Of a DNA stretch of 64,000 bases, positions 1 through 12,004 are shown in pieces. Position numbers and translations under genes: made by a program. The DNA lies in contig CATNEN010000039.1 of the NCBI GenBank assembly GCA_950097015.1, positions 6,572,001 through 6,636,000 of the forward strand, in the 5' to 3' direction. This stretch comes from Macrostomum hystrix. Lineage: Eukaryota > Animalia > Platyhelminthes. The notes below the pieces were generated by a model that was given only the letters and a program-made list of their open reading frames with translations, ran no database searches and was not told the origin of the DNA. Within the stretch, counting starts at the first letter, position 1. Each line of letters starts with the position of its first letter.

Positions 1-1557
1 CAAACATAATGCTTGTCATCAAACATGGTGCTTGTCATCAAACATGATGCTTGTCATCAAACATGATGCTTGTCATCAAACATGGTGCTTGGCATCAAAC
101 ATAATGCTTGGCATCAAACATGATGCTTGTCATCAAACATGGTGCTTGTCATCAAACATAATGCTTGTCATCAAACATGGTGCTTGGCATCAAACATAAT
201 GCTTGGCATCAAACATGGTGATTGTCATCAAACATGATGCTTGTCATCAAACATGATGCTTGTCATCAAACATAATGCTTGTCATCAAACATGGTGCTTG
301 TCATCAAACATGATGCTTGTCATCAAACATGATGCTTGTCATCAAACATGATGCTTGTCATCAAACATAATGCTTGTCATCAAACATGGTGCTTGTCATC
401 AAACATGATGCTTGTCATCAAACATGGTGCTTGTCATCAAACATGATGCTTGTCATCAAACATGATGCTTGTCATCAAACATAATGCTTGTCATCAAACA
501 TGGTGCTTGTCATCAAACATAATGCTTGGCATCAAACATGGTGATTGTCATCAAACATAATGCTTGTCATCAAACATGGTGCTTGTCATCAAACATGGTG
601 CTTGTCATCAAACATGGTGCTTGTCATCAAACATGATGCTTGTCATCAAACATGGTGCTTGTCATCAAACATGATGCTTGTCATCAAACATGATGCTTGT
701 CATCAAACATGATGCTTGTCATCAAACATGGTGCTTGTCATCAAACATGATGCTTGTCATCAAACATGATGCTTGTCATCAAACATGATGCTTGTCATCA
801 AACATAATGCTTGTCATCAAACATGGTGCTTGTCATCAAACATGGTGCTTGTCATCAAACATGATGCTTGTCATCAAACATGATGCTTGTCATCAAACAT
901 GGTGCTTGTCATCAAACATGATGCTTGTCATCAAACATGATGCTTGTCATCAAACATGATGCTTGTCATCAAACATAATGCTTGTCATCAAACATGGTGC
1001 TTGTCATCAAACATGGTGCTTGTCATCAAACATGATGCTTGTCATCAAACATGATGCTTGTCATCAAACATGATGCTTGTCATCAAACATGATGCTTGTC
1101 ATCAAACATGATGCTTGTCATCAAACATAATGCTTGTCATCAAACATGGTGCTTGTCATCAAACATAATGCTTGTCATCAAACATGATGCTTGTCATCAA
1201 ACATAATGCTTGTCATCAAACATGGTGCTTGTCATCAAACATGGTGCTTGTCATCAAACATGATGCTTGTCATCAAACATGGTGCTTGTCATCAAACATG
1301 ATGCTTGTCATCAAACATGATGCTTGTCATCAAACATGGTGCTTGTCATCAAACATGATGCTTGTCATCAAACATGATGCTTGTCATCAAACATGATGCT
1401 TGTCATCAAACATGATGCTTGTCATCAAACATGGTGCTTGTCATCAAACATGGTGCTTGTCATCAAACATGATGCTTGTCATCAAACATGGTGCTTGTCA
1501 TCAAACATGATGCTTGTCATCAAACATGGTGCTTGTCATCAAACATGGTGCTTGTCA
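1..1557. repeat. 19-bp minisatellite (CAAACATGATGCTTGTCAT; variants ..ATGAT../..ATGGT../..ATAAT..), about 80 copies, runs off the left edge
   Basis: Continuous 19-bp periodicity from base 1 to about 1557. Confidence 0.97.
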
Positions 1558-1705
1558 GCAGCAACTGGAGAGCCGAAAACACATGTAGTAATTTATGCTT
1601 AATATCAATCAGGTACATTCAAATCTTCCATGAGCATGCACTCTTTGGCTTTGTCTTAACTAGCTTCCGTGTTGCATTAACTCTAAAAAACGGACCTAAC
1701 ACTAT

Positions 1706-1910
1706 TGGATTCCGGACCTTTCCAACTGGATTCCGGACCTTGTCAACTGGATTCCGGATCTTTTCAACTGGATTCCGGATCTTTTCAACTGGATTCCGGA
1801 TCTTTTCAACTGGATTCCGGATCTTTTCAACTGGATTCCGGATCTTTTCAACTGGATTCCGGATCTTTCAAACTGGATTCCGAATCTTTCCAACTCCGGA
1901 ACCGGATTCC
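1706..1910. repeat. 21-bp tandem repeat (CAACTGGATTCCGGATCTTTT), about 9 copies, degenerating to about 1975
   Basis: Direct periodicity; the translated frame repeats STGFRIF (7 aa). Confidence 0.93.
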
Positions 1911-2357
1911 GGAAATGCTCAACTGGTTCCAGAACTGCCCAAACTTGTTTCGGAACTAATCAATTCCGGACCTGTCAATTACCAAATAGGTATGGGTTTA
2001 GATCAGCAAGTTTTGGTGTGACCTGGCTGGTTAATTAACCTACTCACTAGCTACTGCGCTTTCCAAATTCGAGTTTCGCAGCCAATAGGAGCACGTGAGG
2101 ATCTGAGCTGTGTTTTCGAATTCCATATTTTGAGTTGCCATTTATTCGAAAGCCACTTTTAATTCCGCTAGACCTATCGGATCTTCAATAAACTTTATTT
2201 AGACAGTAATCAACCGTATCCTTCTGCGTGCAACTTAGGGCAAATGGATAACATTACTGACTTGGCGGGTAAGTTAATATTTTCCTACAAATTGAAGTAG
2301 AGAATGAAAGAGTCCAGGGTGATGCGGAATACTTATTTTATCTTTGAGCCTTGAGTG

Positions 2358-2555
2358 CACTGTAGCCTAGAGGCTAGAGCCTAGGCTACTTGAAGGTCGG
2401 TGGTTCGATTCCCCCTTCAGTGGAAATCAGCATTAGCTGGGGTGATTCTGGATTGGTTTGGCGCCCGCCACCCAGTCCATGGACTGAACAGGTGTACGCA
2501 GCCTTCAGAGATGTGTCTCAACTGTAGGTCAGGTGTGCTATCTTATTAATTAACT
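2358..2555 (+). mobile_element. Putative tRNA-derived SINE (Pol III A/B box head)
   Basis: A-box-like TAGCCTAGAGG (about 2363) and B box GGTTCGATTCC (2402-2412), followed by a non-tRNA body and an AT-rich end (TTATTAATTAAC). No cloverleaf or TSD established. Confidence 0.45.
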
Positions 2556-2556
2556 A

Positions 2557-5500
2557 ATGAGTAAAAAATCAATCTCAGCGGAATCGCGCTTCAGTCCGCT
2601 TCTGCCCGCCCTGGCCGTGTCAGCAACCGCTCTCAAATTCCTGCGCCTGTACGCTTCTCCTTTGCTGACTGTGCTGGCCCTGTTCGGTGCCGTCATTGTG
2701 CTTCACTGCGCCGTAAAATCAAGGCGACGCGTCAAGGGCAAGGACCTCGTGCTGTGCGGACTGACGGCCGCAGACTCGGTGACCGTGGTCTGCACGTAAG
2801 CTGCGTGGAGGGGGTGGGTGGTTTGCCTCTCGCACCGAAATCCCTGGGCTCGATTCCGCGGCGGGGCCACGATTTGGGTCTAGTCGTGAAAACTACGCCC
2901 TTGACGGCTAACCTTAAATACCCAGTGACAGTGTACACTGCCATCAATAGTTAACGTGCTACCGTTGTTACATGAAGGTTTATTAGCTCTCAGGGTGTCA
3001 CACGAAGGTTGCTGCTGCACACGTATGAGAAAATATTGTAATTAAGAACACATTAGTCCGGCCAGGCACCTTTCTTTGACGGTCGGATCTGCAGCTGTAT
3101 CATCTTGCATCCCAAGTGAATCAGCTAGTTAATGAAGTCAAAACAAGGCTTCCGCCGGCTTCCTGACTAGCTCCTCAGGATCTGCCGCCAGAATTGCATA
3201 TCTATTATTTATCAAAAGACCTCATTGCACTCGAGAATATTGCACCTGATACCTTATTTAGCTCTTTTCAATTTACTATAGGGACCCGCCACATAAAATA
3301 GTCAATCATTGTAAGAGAGACCACTTAAAGACAGACCACTGAAAGGCAAGTCACTGAAGGACTCCGAGACTACCCACTTGAAGGACTCCGAGACTATCCA
3401 CTTGAAGGACTCCGAGAATATCCACTTGAAGGACTCCGAGAATATCCACTTGAAGGACTCCGAGACTACCCACTTGAAGGACTCCGAGACTACCCACTTG
3501 AAGGACTCCGAGACTATCCACTTGAAGGACTCCGAGAATATCCACTTGAAGGACTCCGAGACTACCCACTTGAAGGACTCCGAGACTACCCACTTGAAGG
3601 ACTCCGAGACTATCCACATGAAGGACTCCGAGAATATCCACTTGAAGGTCTCCGTGAATATCCACTTGAAGGACTCCGAGAATATCCACATGAAGGACTC
3701 CGAGAATATCCACATGAAGGACTCCGAGAATATCCACTTGAAGGACTCCGAGAATATCCACACGAAAGACTCCGAGAATATCCACTTGAAGGACTCCACT
3801 TAAAGGACTCCGAGGCTATCCACTGGAAGGACTCCGAGAATATCCACTTGAAGGACTCCACTTGTAGGAATCCGAGACTATCCACTGGAAGGACTCCGAG
3901 AATATCCACTTAAAGGACTCCGAGACTCTCCACTTGAAGGACTCCGAGACTATCCACTTGAAGGACTCCGAGACTATCCACTTGGAGGACTCCACTTGAA
4001 GGACTCCGAGAGTAATGACCTTAAGGACGAGAGCAACCACCTGAAGGACTCCCAGAGCAACCACCTGAAGGACTCCCAGAGCAACCACCTGAAGGACTCC
4101 CAGAGCAACCACCTGAAGGACTCCCAGAGCAACCACCTGAAGGACTCAGAGAAATCGCATACAAGCTACCAATGTTTCCTACGTCACCATGGAGGCCTAT
4201 TTAGTATGCTGAGATTTCTGAAAATGGCTATTTAAAAAAGCATTTAGATTTCGAAGCTAATTAAGCCCGAAAGTGCCAATGGGAGCTGGCCACAGCCGTC
4301 ATTTCCGTTCAGTCAGGAATCAGGTTCTCATCTGGATTCCTGTCAACAGCTGTCAGTGAGCACAGACCGAGGCTTCGCTTCTCAAATAGTTTCAAATATC
4401 CGGCCTTATTAGACGTTTTGTACTCAAAAGTTGGCTATTTGAGTCGAAAGAGTCGATGCCGCTTTTAGGTGCTTTATAAGGAAATTGAATCCACGAATTG
4501 AAACTGATGCAGGAAGTATGGCTGGTCATTAACACCTGTCTACCTTCTTACACCCGCCACACCCAGGCTGCTATTCCGTGAGTTCCTCAGCTCCGGCCTG
4601 AAGCTGGAGATGCCGCAGGTGCAGTTTAGCTGGGTCTGCAAGCTCTGGTCCTTCTTCTGGATCCTCAGCAGCAGCTTGTCCTCGAACATGCTCTGCCTGC
4701 TGGCGGCTGACCGAGTGTACGCACTGAGCTGGCCGCTGCATCACCGGGTGCACATGACGAAGACCAGGTAAAACTCCCATCCTCCATTCTCTATACTCCT
4801 CACCAAAGTCCCTGAGCGGAGTCAGAGGGTCAGTGGCAGACCAGGCCAGAACGAGTCTGCCTCTCGCACCAAGGTCCCTGAGCTCGATTCTGCGGTGAGG
4901 CCACATTAAATTTGGGCGCAGCCGAGGAGTGATGGCTTGGGGGCTTGTCGTACAATTTACATCCTTTGAGGTCCAACCTCCAAGGCTCAGTGAGAGTAGA
5001 CACTGCCTGCCTGCCCTGACTATGAAAAAGTCAGGGCGGATGTACACACCTGTGTGAGCGTGTGCCTGAGTACAGTATCTGTGTGCGTGTGAGCTCAGGA
5101 GTCAGCGAAATGGGCGGAATTGCCGCCTCGCTGGCTGCGGGTCTAGTGTCACCAAATGATGTGCCATTGCCTGCAGCCCTCCTACAATTATTATTATTAT
5201 TATAAAGTCCCTTCATAATAATATAAGGTTTGAATCTACAGCGAAGGCCGCAGCCGCGAAGAGCGGAACTGTCTAACACATTCAGCTCCATCGTCCAACA
5301 TCGAACTTTTTCAGGTACTGCCTCGCTGTCGGCGCATTCGTGCTCATCTTTGCCGGAGTGTCCGCACACGGCGTCATTGTGTACGACGCCTATGAGTACT
5401 TTGGGGCCCAGTACTGCTTTGTTATCCTGTCTCTGAGCCAGAGCACCAGTCTGGCTGTGCAGGTGTACACGAACGTTGTGATGAACGGCCTGCTTTCCAG

Positions 5501-5960
5501 CCTGTTCCTAGCCGCAACTAATTTGTACCTGTGCGTCCGAATTCACCGCATCCGAGTCTCGAAGGCTCACCTGGCCATCGCCATGTCGGCCCCTGCTAGC
5601 GGCCCCAGCTCGGGCGAGATTCGCAGCTCCGTCACTCTGGTCATCCTGGCGTTTGTCTACCTGGTGTCGTCGGTGCCAAGGGTGTTCACCTACATGTGGC
5701 ACTTCACTCTCTACTCGCGCAAAGACGAGCAGCGAGCCAGCGTGGACCCGGCCCTGCAGCAGCTGTTGTTCTCCCTGGCCAACTGCTTCAACTACCTGTT
5801 CTTCGTGAACTGCTCGCTCAACTGGCTGGTCTACTGCGTCCGGGTGCCGGCATTCCGAGCACAACTGGCCTGCAGGTGCGGCCGGGCAAGCGACGGCGAC
5901 GTCAGCACTGATCGATACGCACAGAGCGATCCGACAGCGCAGAGCACTGGGCGTTTTTGA
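2557..5960 (+). CDS. Class A (rhodopsin-like) GPCR, peptide-receptor-like; model join(2557 or <2579..2795,4567..4767,5315..5960)
   Basis: Both introns are GT-AG and phase 2 (AC|gtaag..ccag|G; AG|gtaaa..tcag|G), giving a continuous frame. It has hydrophobic TM segments, TM2 LTAAD, a CKLW cysteine before TM3, a DRY-like ADRVYA, TM6 SSVPR and TM7 NCSLNWLVYC. The true N-terminus is uncertain (possible acceptor at 2578). Confidence 0.88.
2800..2950 (+). mobile_element. SINE-like fragment (tRNA-related head) in GPCR intron 1
   Basis: GCCTCTCGCACCGAAATCCCTGGGCTCGATTCCGCGGCGGGGCCAC closely matches the head of the 4814-5203 element (GCCTCTCGCACCAAGGTCCCTGAGCTCGATTCTGCGGTGAGGCCAC); it has a B-box-like GCTCGATTC. 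Confidence 0.6.
3340..4148. repeat. 24-bp intronic minisatellite (GAAGGACTCCGAGAATATCCACTT, grading to GAAGGACTCCCAGAGCAACCACCT)
   Basis: Direct periodicity of about 33 units with occasional truncated units; it lies inside GPCR intron 1. Confidence 0.95.
4814..5203 (+). mobile_element. Full-length SINE (about 390 bp) with tRNA-like head, LINE-like 3' region, (TTA)n tail and 9-bp TSD
   Basis: Direct repeat AAAGTCCCT at 4805-4813 and 5204-5212; (TTA)n tail at about 5187-5203; B-box-like GCTCGATTC; a 3' segment resembling the 3' UTR of the LINE at about 19110-19155. The paralogous intron in the other GPCR is only 90 bp. Confidence 0.8.
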
Positions 5961-6370
5961 GCCTGGATAAAATATGAAAATGCCTTCATAGACAGCAGAA
6001 AGATGGATGGATTTTTCAAATACCCAAATTTTTATTTTTCCTGTATCTGCTAAAATATTCAACCAATTGCTATGAAAGTGCATTAGCTTCATCATCTATC
6101 ATCTATTAGCTATCGTGAATTAGGCAGTGGGTATTTGAATTTCTTTCCTTCTGTTAAACGACCGCGTCCTAAAATGTTATTGTCGTCACTGTTTCTGAAA
6201 TTTGTTTTGACAATACCAGAAAGTAGACGCAGCTTGGTAGATTTTTACAGTTAGTACGCACCGCACAATGCACACCAGTCGGTAATTATAATTAAAATTA
6301 TTAAAATTATAATCGCTTAACATGACAATAAAATTACTACACCAACGCCAGTTACTAAACGCTACCGCTT

Positions 6371-6490
6371 AACCAATCCCTGCTCACCAACCCTTATATG
6401 TGTGCTCACAGTTGTTCAACCAATCCCTGCTCACCAACCCTTCTATGTGTGCTCACAGTTGTTCAACCAATCCCTGCTCACCAAGCCTTC
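6371..6490. repeat. 47-bp tandem repeat, about 2.5 copies
   Basis: AACCAATCCCTGCTCACCAA starts at 6371, 6418 and 6465. Confidence 0.9.
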
Positions 6491-8297
6491 TTAGTGTACA
6501 CAAAAAGATTACTTTTTATTTAGCTTTTTTAGTTATATCTGAAATTCTTGCTAAGATGCTATGCAGACTACTTTAAGTGGCACCCGTAGTTAGATTTTAG
6601 CTTGCAAAGGTGTGCAAAATCATTTCAATGATATAATTGAATTACAATGATATAATTCGGAAGTAAAAAATCAAGCGTTTTCTAACAAATTTTCCAATAA
6701 TAGGTAAGCGAGAAAAATTATTTAACTGTTTTGAGCCTCTGTGATGAAGTATTGTTTTGAAACGGACTTCATTCAGCGATGTAAAATAATTACAAAATTA
6801 AATCAGTACTTCTGCTGCCTTCAAAGGTTTGCAATAGCCATATTTATCATTTAGGAACAAAATAGTCGGCAATTAAAAAAGCAAAGAAAATTGAATCGAA
6901 GTTACAATGTTAAAAGGGACAAAGCGATACTGTAGAGTGGTACATACTTAAATGGGACGCGATTCCCTCTTTGTACTTCTAAAGCAAATCAACAAACAAC
7001 TTCTGGGATTAAAAAATGGAAACGTGAGCAGTGGCTGCTGATAGCGTGCTCACAGAAATGTCTACTCGAAAATAAAGCAGTCACTAGGCGACAAAACGGT
7101 GATGGGATCAGGTTGTCACAGGACCCCACCTGGCTCAGGTTTGTTATTCGTCGCGCAGCGTGACCGACAAGGCATTCGGGCGGAAAAGTTGCCGATGGTA
7201 GCGCGACAGTTAGACAGAAATTCGACCGACTATCTGAGTCTGGCGTCATTTAAAATGATTTTAATTCAAGCAATACAAATTCAACTCCCTAGTCCAACAG
7301 GGAGTGAAAAGTTGCACAGTGCTTGTAGCCAGTTCTGATAATACTTTGAGTCGATAGGTCAGTCAAACAAAAACATGTTGGCCTTGCCTCGGGCCTTTCT
7401 GAATATTATATTATTTGAAAGGCTAGGGCAGAAAGGGGGGGTCGACAGCGAGGAGAGACAAATGAGGGTATGAAAACCCTGGGGGATGTACAATGGGGTT
7501 AACAGGCGATAACGCGCGCATGGGGGAGGAAAACAAAGTTGGTGCTGACGCTAGACTGGAGGGAGACAGAGATGAAAGGGACACGGGGGAAAATCGATAA
7601 TAGATAGAAAGGGCGGGGCTGGCAGATAAACGGGTAAGAAAATATATATTACCGCACGGGTGAACAGAGAACAGGATTGGCTAATAATAACTCACGATTT
7701 TCACGACAACAAGTTTAGTAAAATCTTCAGTTTGTATTGCCTGAGAATCTTGGTTTATAGTTAACTTTTACCATTTGTACCATTAGTTGAACTTCTCACT
7801 TCCACGTTGGCCTATGTGAAATTTCGATCGATGTTCGCTCTGCAGTGGCAAAAGTACATCGCACATTACACAAGGACCACTAGAAGAAGAGGACTGGACG
7901 CTTTGTTTCTTGAAGAATTTAGCAAAGGCCAATTTTCACGGAAAAATGCTCGAGTGAGATAGGAACTGTTCACTTTTTTCACAATAACTTGTTCATAACT
8001 TTTTAGTGGAAGCATATCAAATGCTGCTTTTTTATTATTTATTTTGACAAACATGTTGCTTCAACGAATTTTAGAAAGCTTCATTGATGAATAATTGATC
8101 TACATTTAATTTTCGTTTATTTATTATGAATCACAATAGGAGCTAGTCAAAAACTATCTAGTGACTAACTAAATTTACAGTCAATTTAATATTTAATAAA
8201 ATACTTGTATATGTGCATTACACGAATTACGAAAAAATGATTAAAAACAGAAGGCCAATTTTATGTCTGATTGGTTGCTATTGTGTCTCTCAAAGAT

Positions 8298-8881
8298 TGA
8301 GGTAAGAGGTTGTGAGATAGGAGGTTGTGAGATAAGAGGTTTTGAGATAAGAGGTTGTGAGATAAGAGGTTTTGAGATAAGAGGTTGTGAGATAAGAGGT
8401 TTTGAGATAAGAGGTTGTGAGATAAGAGGTTGTGAGATAAGAGGTTGTGAGATAAGAGGTTTTGAGATAAGAGGTTGTGAGATAAGAGGTTTTGGGATAA
8501 GAGGTTTTGGGATAAGAGGTTGTGAGATAAGAGGTTGTGAGATAAGAGGTTTTGAAATAAGAGGTTGTGAGATAAGAGGTTGTGAGATAAGAGGTTGTGA
8601 GATAAGAGGTTTTGAGATAAGAGGTTGTGAGATAAGAGGTTTTGGGATAAGAGGTTGTGAGATAAGAGGTGAGATAAGAGGTTGTGAGATAAGAGGTTGT
8701 GAGATAAGAGGTTGTGAGATAAGAGGTTTTGGGATAAGAGGTTGTGAGATAAGAGGTTTTGGGATAAGAGGTTTTGGGATAAGAGGTTGTGAGATAAGAG
8801 GTTGTGAGATAAGAGGTTTTGAGATAAGAGGTTTTGGGATAAGAGGTTGTGAGATAAGAGGTTGTGAGATAAGAGGTTGTG
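8298..8881. repeat. 15-bp minisatellite (GAGATAAGAGGTTGT / ..GGTTTT), about 39 copies
   Basis: Direct periodicity; it lies between the 3' ends of the two GPCR genes. Confidence 0.96.
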
Positions 8882-9121
8882 ACGTCCAACGCAGGCGAAG
8901 GCTTGCTTTTAATAGGTGCATGTACAGTTACAGGTGCTGGGTCCATCCCAATTGCAGCGCCCCGCACTAACGAACACTAAAAGCAATCACATGCATATGT
9001 TCGCCCAACGTGCAGAAGCTTAATTTTTTTGCTGTGTGTGAATTTCGTAGAGTTCCGAAAAAAGTCTATCAGAGTCCTGCTTTAAATGTCAATCGAAAAT
9101 TCATGTTTATTTGAATGGTCG

Positions 9122-10407
9122 TCACTCCGGAGTTGCTCGGCGCAGCCAGTCGCGGAAGAACGGCACCCTGGCGCAGTAGATTAGCCAGTTCAGCGAGCAA
9201 TTCGCGTAGAAAATGTAATTCAAGTTGTTGGCTAGGGAGATCAGCAGCGGCTGCAGATCGTCGCTTTTTGAGTTTTTGGTGAAGCCGGCAAACAGGAGGA
9301 AGAGCCACATGTACGCCGCCACGCGGGGCACAGACGCAGCCAGGTGAACGAAGGCCAGGATGATCAGCGTGGCGCTGCTGCGGAGCTCCACTAGCATGGT
9401 GCCGCTGACTGTCACGGCGGTCAGTTGAATCTTGTCCACACGAATCTGGCGAATGCGGCAGCACAGATACAAGTTCGCTGCGGCCAGGAACACCCCAGAC
9501 AGAAGGCCGTTCATCACCAAACTCGAATACAGCTGAGCGGCGAACATCACGGAGCTGCTGAACGAGGCTGATAGGTAGCAGTACCGAGCACCGAAGTATT
9601 CGTAGGCGTCGTACAGTACAACGCCATGGACAGACAAGCCGGCGAAGATGAGGACAAATGCGCCGACAGCTAATCGGTACCTTTAATTGATTTTGATTGA
9701 GTTCATGGCTTATGGCAAATTGAGCATGTACAAAAATCACTGGAAGGACGCTATAGCTCTCCTGCTGTACCTGGTTCTGGTCATGTGCACCCGGTGATGC
9801 AGCGGCCAGCTCAGTGCGTACACTCGGTCAGCCGCCAGCAGGCAGAGCATGTTCGAGGACAAGCTGCTGCTGAGGATCCAGAAGAAGGACCAGAGTTTGC
9901 AGGTCCAGCTAAACTGCACCTGCGGCATCTCCAGCTTCAGGCCGGAGTTCAGAAACTCGCGAAGTAGAAGGCTACAGTTTGTCAAGGAGAATTTTAACGG
10001 CTTAATTCACAGTGAGGAATGTCAGTCGGGGGGTGATTAGCGGAGTGGTAGTGTCCGACCCATGCACTTGAGTCCCCGATTTTGAAGGAATTCATGAAGG
10101 CGGGGGGACTTGTCGTGCAATACACGCGCCCTGGAGGTCAAACCCTCAGCCCAATAAAAATGATGCTGTTAGTATTATTGGTATTAACACCTGTTCAGCA
10201 CAGAGGCACAGTCAGCTAGGGTGATGGCACACAGCAGTAGGTGTTTGCCCTTGTGAAGCCGCCAGCGCCGCAGCAAACAAGTGAGCACGAAAACTGCTCC
10301 GACGGTTGCCAAGGCGGTCAGCAGTGGCGCCAGGTAAAGACGGAGGCAGTGCAGCAGCTGATTGGATTTGGCCAAGGCCAGCTGCAAACTGTTGTCTGTC
10401 AGCTGGA
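9122..10407 (-). CDS. Class A GPCR paralogue; model complement(join(9122..9680,9771..9971,10191..>10407))
   Basis: Intron positions and phases match the + strand copy (AG|gtgtt..tag|C; AG|gtaca..aag|G). Motifs are TLAD, CKLW, ADRVYA, ASVPR and NCSLNWLIYC. There is no in-frame ATG in the first visible exon; a phase-1 acceptor at 10408 implies an unidentified upstream exon. Confidence 0.87.
10020..10152 (+). mobile_element. SINE-related fragment in the intron of the minus-strand GPCR
   Basis: GGGGGACTTGTCGTGCAATACACGCGCCCTGGAGGTCAAACCCTC (about 10102-10147) resembles GGGGGCTTGTCGTACAATTTACATCCTTTGAGGTCCAACCTC (about 4938-4980) in the SINE body. Confidence 0.5.
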
Positions 10408-12004
10408 CTGGAAGAGACCCAGTCAGAATGCGTTTTATGAGACAGCCCCTTTTTAAATTGACTTGGAAATTTCCGCAAATAAAAAAAAACTAGCACTGAC
10501 CTGGATTCCCTTTCGTACTGTTTTCGCTCATTTTTTGAAAGCTTCGTAAATATTGTCTTCGAAAAGAACTCTGTTCCATGAAATGCAGATTTTGAGTTCA
10601 CGCCGCTATTTATCTACAGATGCCCGGCTTATCAATCCATTCTGATCGGACCGGACGACCGGTTTGAATTTGCGAGGCTAATTTTAGTGACGGACTTTTG
10701 AAAGTAGCTACTTACGAGTAGGCTAGTTTGAATGTATATTGTTTATGCTTCAGTAAAATGTAACAATGAATAGTCAGCAAACTAGTTTTTACCAGTAGAA
10801 AGACTTTAAAAGTTAGTTCATCGTAAAAGCAGAAAATGTTAATACATAAAATGCGCTTTCACGAAACCGGTCATTCGGTTTAGTAGCTGTCGTGAATTAG
10901 GCAGTGGTTATTTAAAGCCCGCGTGCGGTCTTTCACCAAAAGGGTGGACACAGTGTGGTCTATCTACTGTTAAATGTCCAACGACACTAGCTCTGTACGA
11001 GTAGCTAGCTCTACTTTAGTAGACCTTGTAAAAGCCTTGGTCACGATCGTGCGCGACGCGAGGTTGAAACTCCAGAATAAAATCGTTATTAGAATGCTTC
11101 ATACATCTCAATATTCCCATTCTACACACCCCCAGAAAAAATTGCTGCTTTGTCGTTTCATTTTCGTCTTTCGTCCTGTAGGACCTTAGTAAACTTCAAA
11201 AAGCATGGAACTGCAGTCTGCTTATGTTTTTTCGTGTGATAAGCATCGGCAAGCTTGCATTGTTGTAAAGAACATGGGCGTCCACAATGAGCCTGGATCA
11301 ATTGAGCTCTCGCTGCAGCACCCCCTGCACTACATTGAATGCATCCCATCTGTCAAATGATCTAAAGACTTGATGGATTTCAAAACCTTCTCAGTCAGAC
11401 TGGGGACTGTCGGATTTAGACAGCTTCCAATTTAGCTTCGAAAGTCCTCCACCAGCTTGTCTGTTAGTTTGTTAGTTCGGCAACGGAACACGGGACAGAC
11501 CATAGAGGTCCTAAAAACCTCGTCACGTCATCACAATTTGAAACCGTGTTCGGACTTTCAAGTGTTTCTATTTGTTTGTTTTATTAACAAGTTTCAAATT
11601 TTCGTAACTTGCTTTGAAAGCGTAACTGTGTTTTAGCGTCAAATCTACCTGTGCCCTGACTGCCATTGTGTACGCTGTACTTTAGCACTGTACTGTGCAC
11701 AGTACTCGCATCAAGTAAGAATTAGCTACAGACTATTATTCTCTATGTGGTAGAGACTCTAAGAAGACACTAGAAGAGACGAAGCGCAAGATCGTGCACA
11801 ATCAAAACTGCTGGAATGAGTAGCCATGCTCTCAAGCTATTGTCTCTAGTTTTAGGTGAGGCTTTTAGAAGCTGAAAAGTGAAAGAAAAAGCGTTTCACG
11901 CATTTCAACTGCTTTTAATCTAACTGAAGCGTCTGCTTTGTAGTCTGCTCTGTCCATCGAAACAGCAAAAACACAAAACTTTCGACATTTGCCAGAGCCA
12001 AAAC

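Noticed and set aside
2358-2430. Functional tRNA gene
   Set aside because: A/B-box-like motifs are present but I could not build an acceptor stem or anticodon arm, so it is treated as a SINE head.
7365-7405. Second hammerhead-like motif on the minus strand (CAGAAAGGCCCGAGGCAAGGCCAACATGTT)
   Set aside because: It has a GGCC stem and ACATGT palindrome but lacks intact CUGANGA and GAAA cores; at best a decayed remnant.
1172-8970. Repeat-derived ORFs at 1172-2021, 3302-4235 and 8241-8970
   Set aside because: They are translations of 19-, 21-, 24- and 15-bp minisatellites, and the 24-bp array lies within a GPCR intron.
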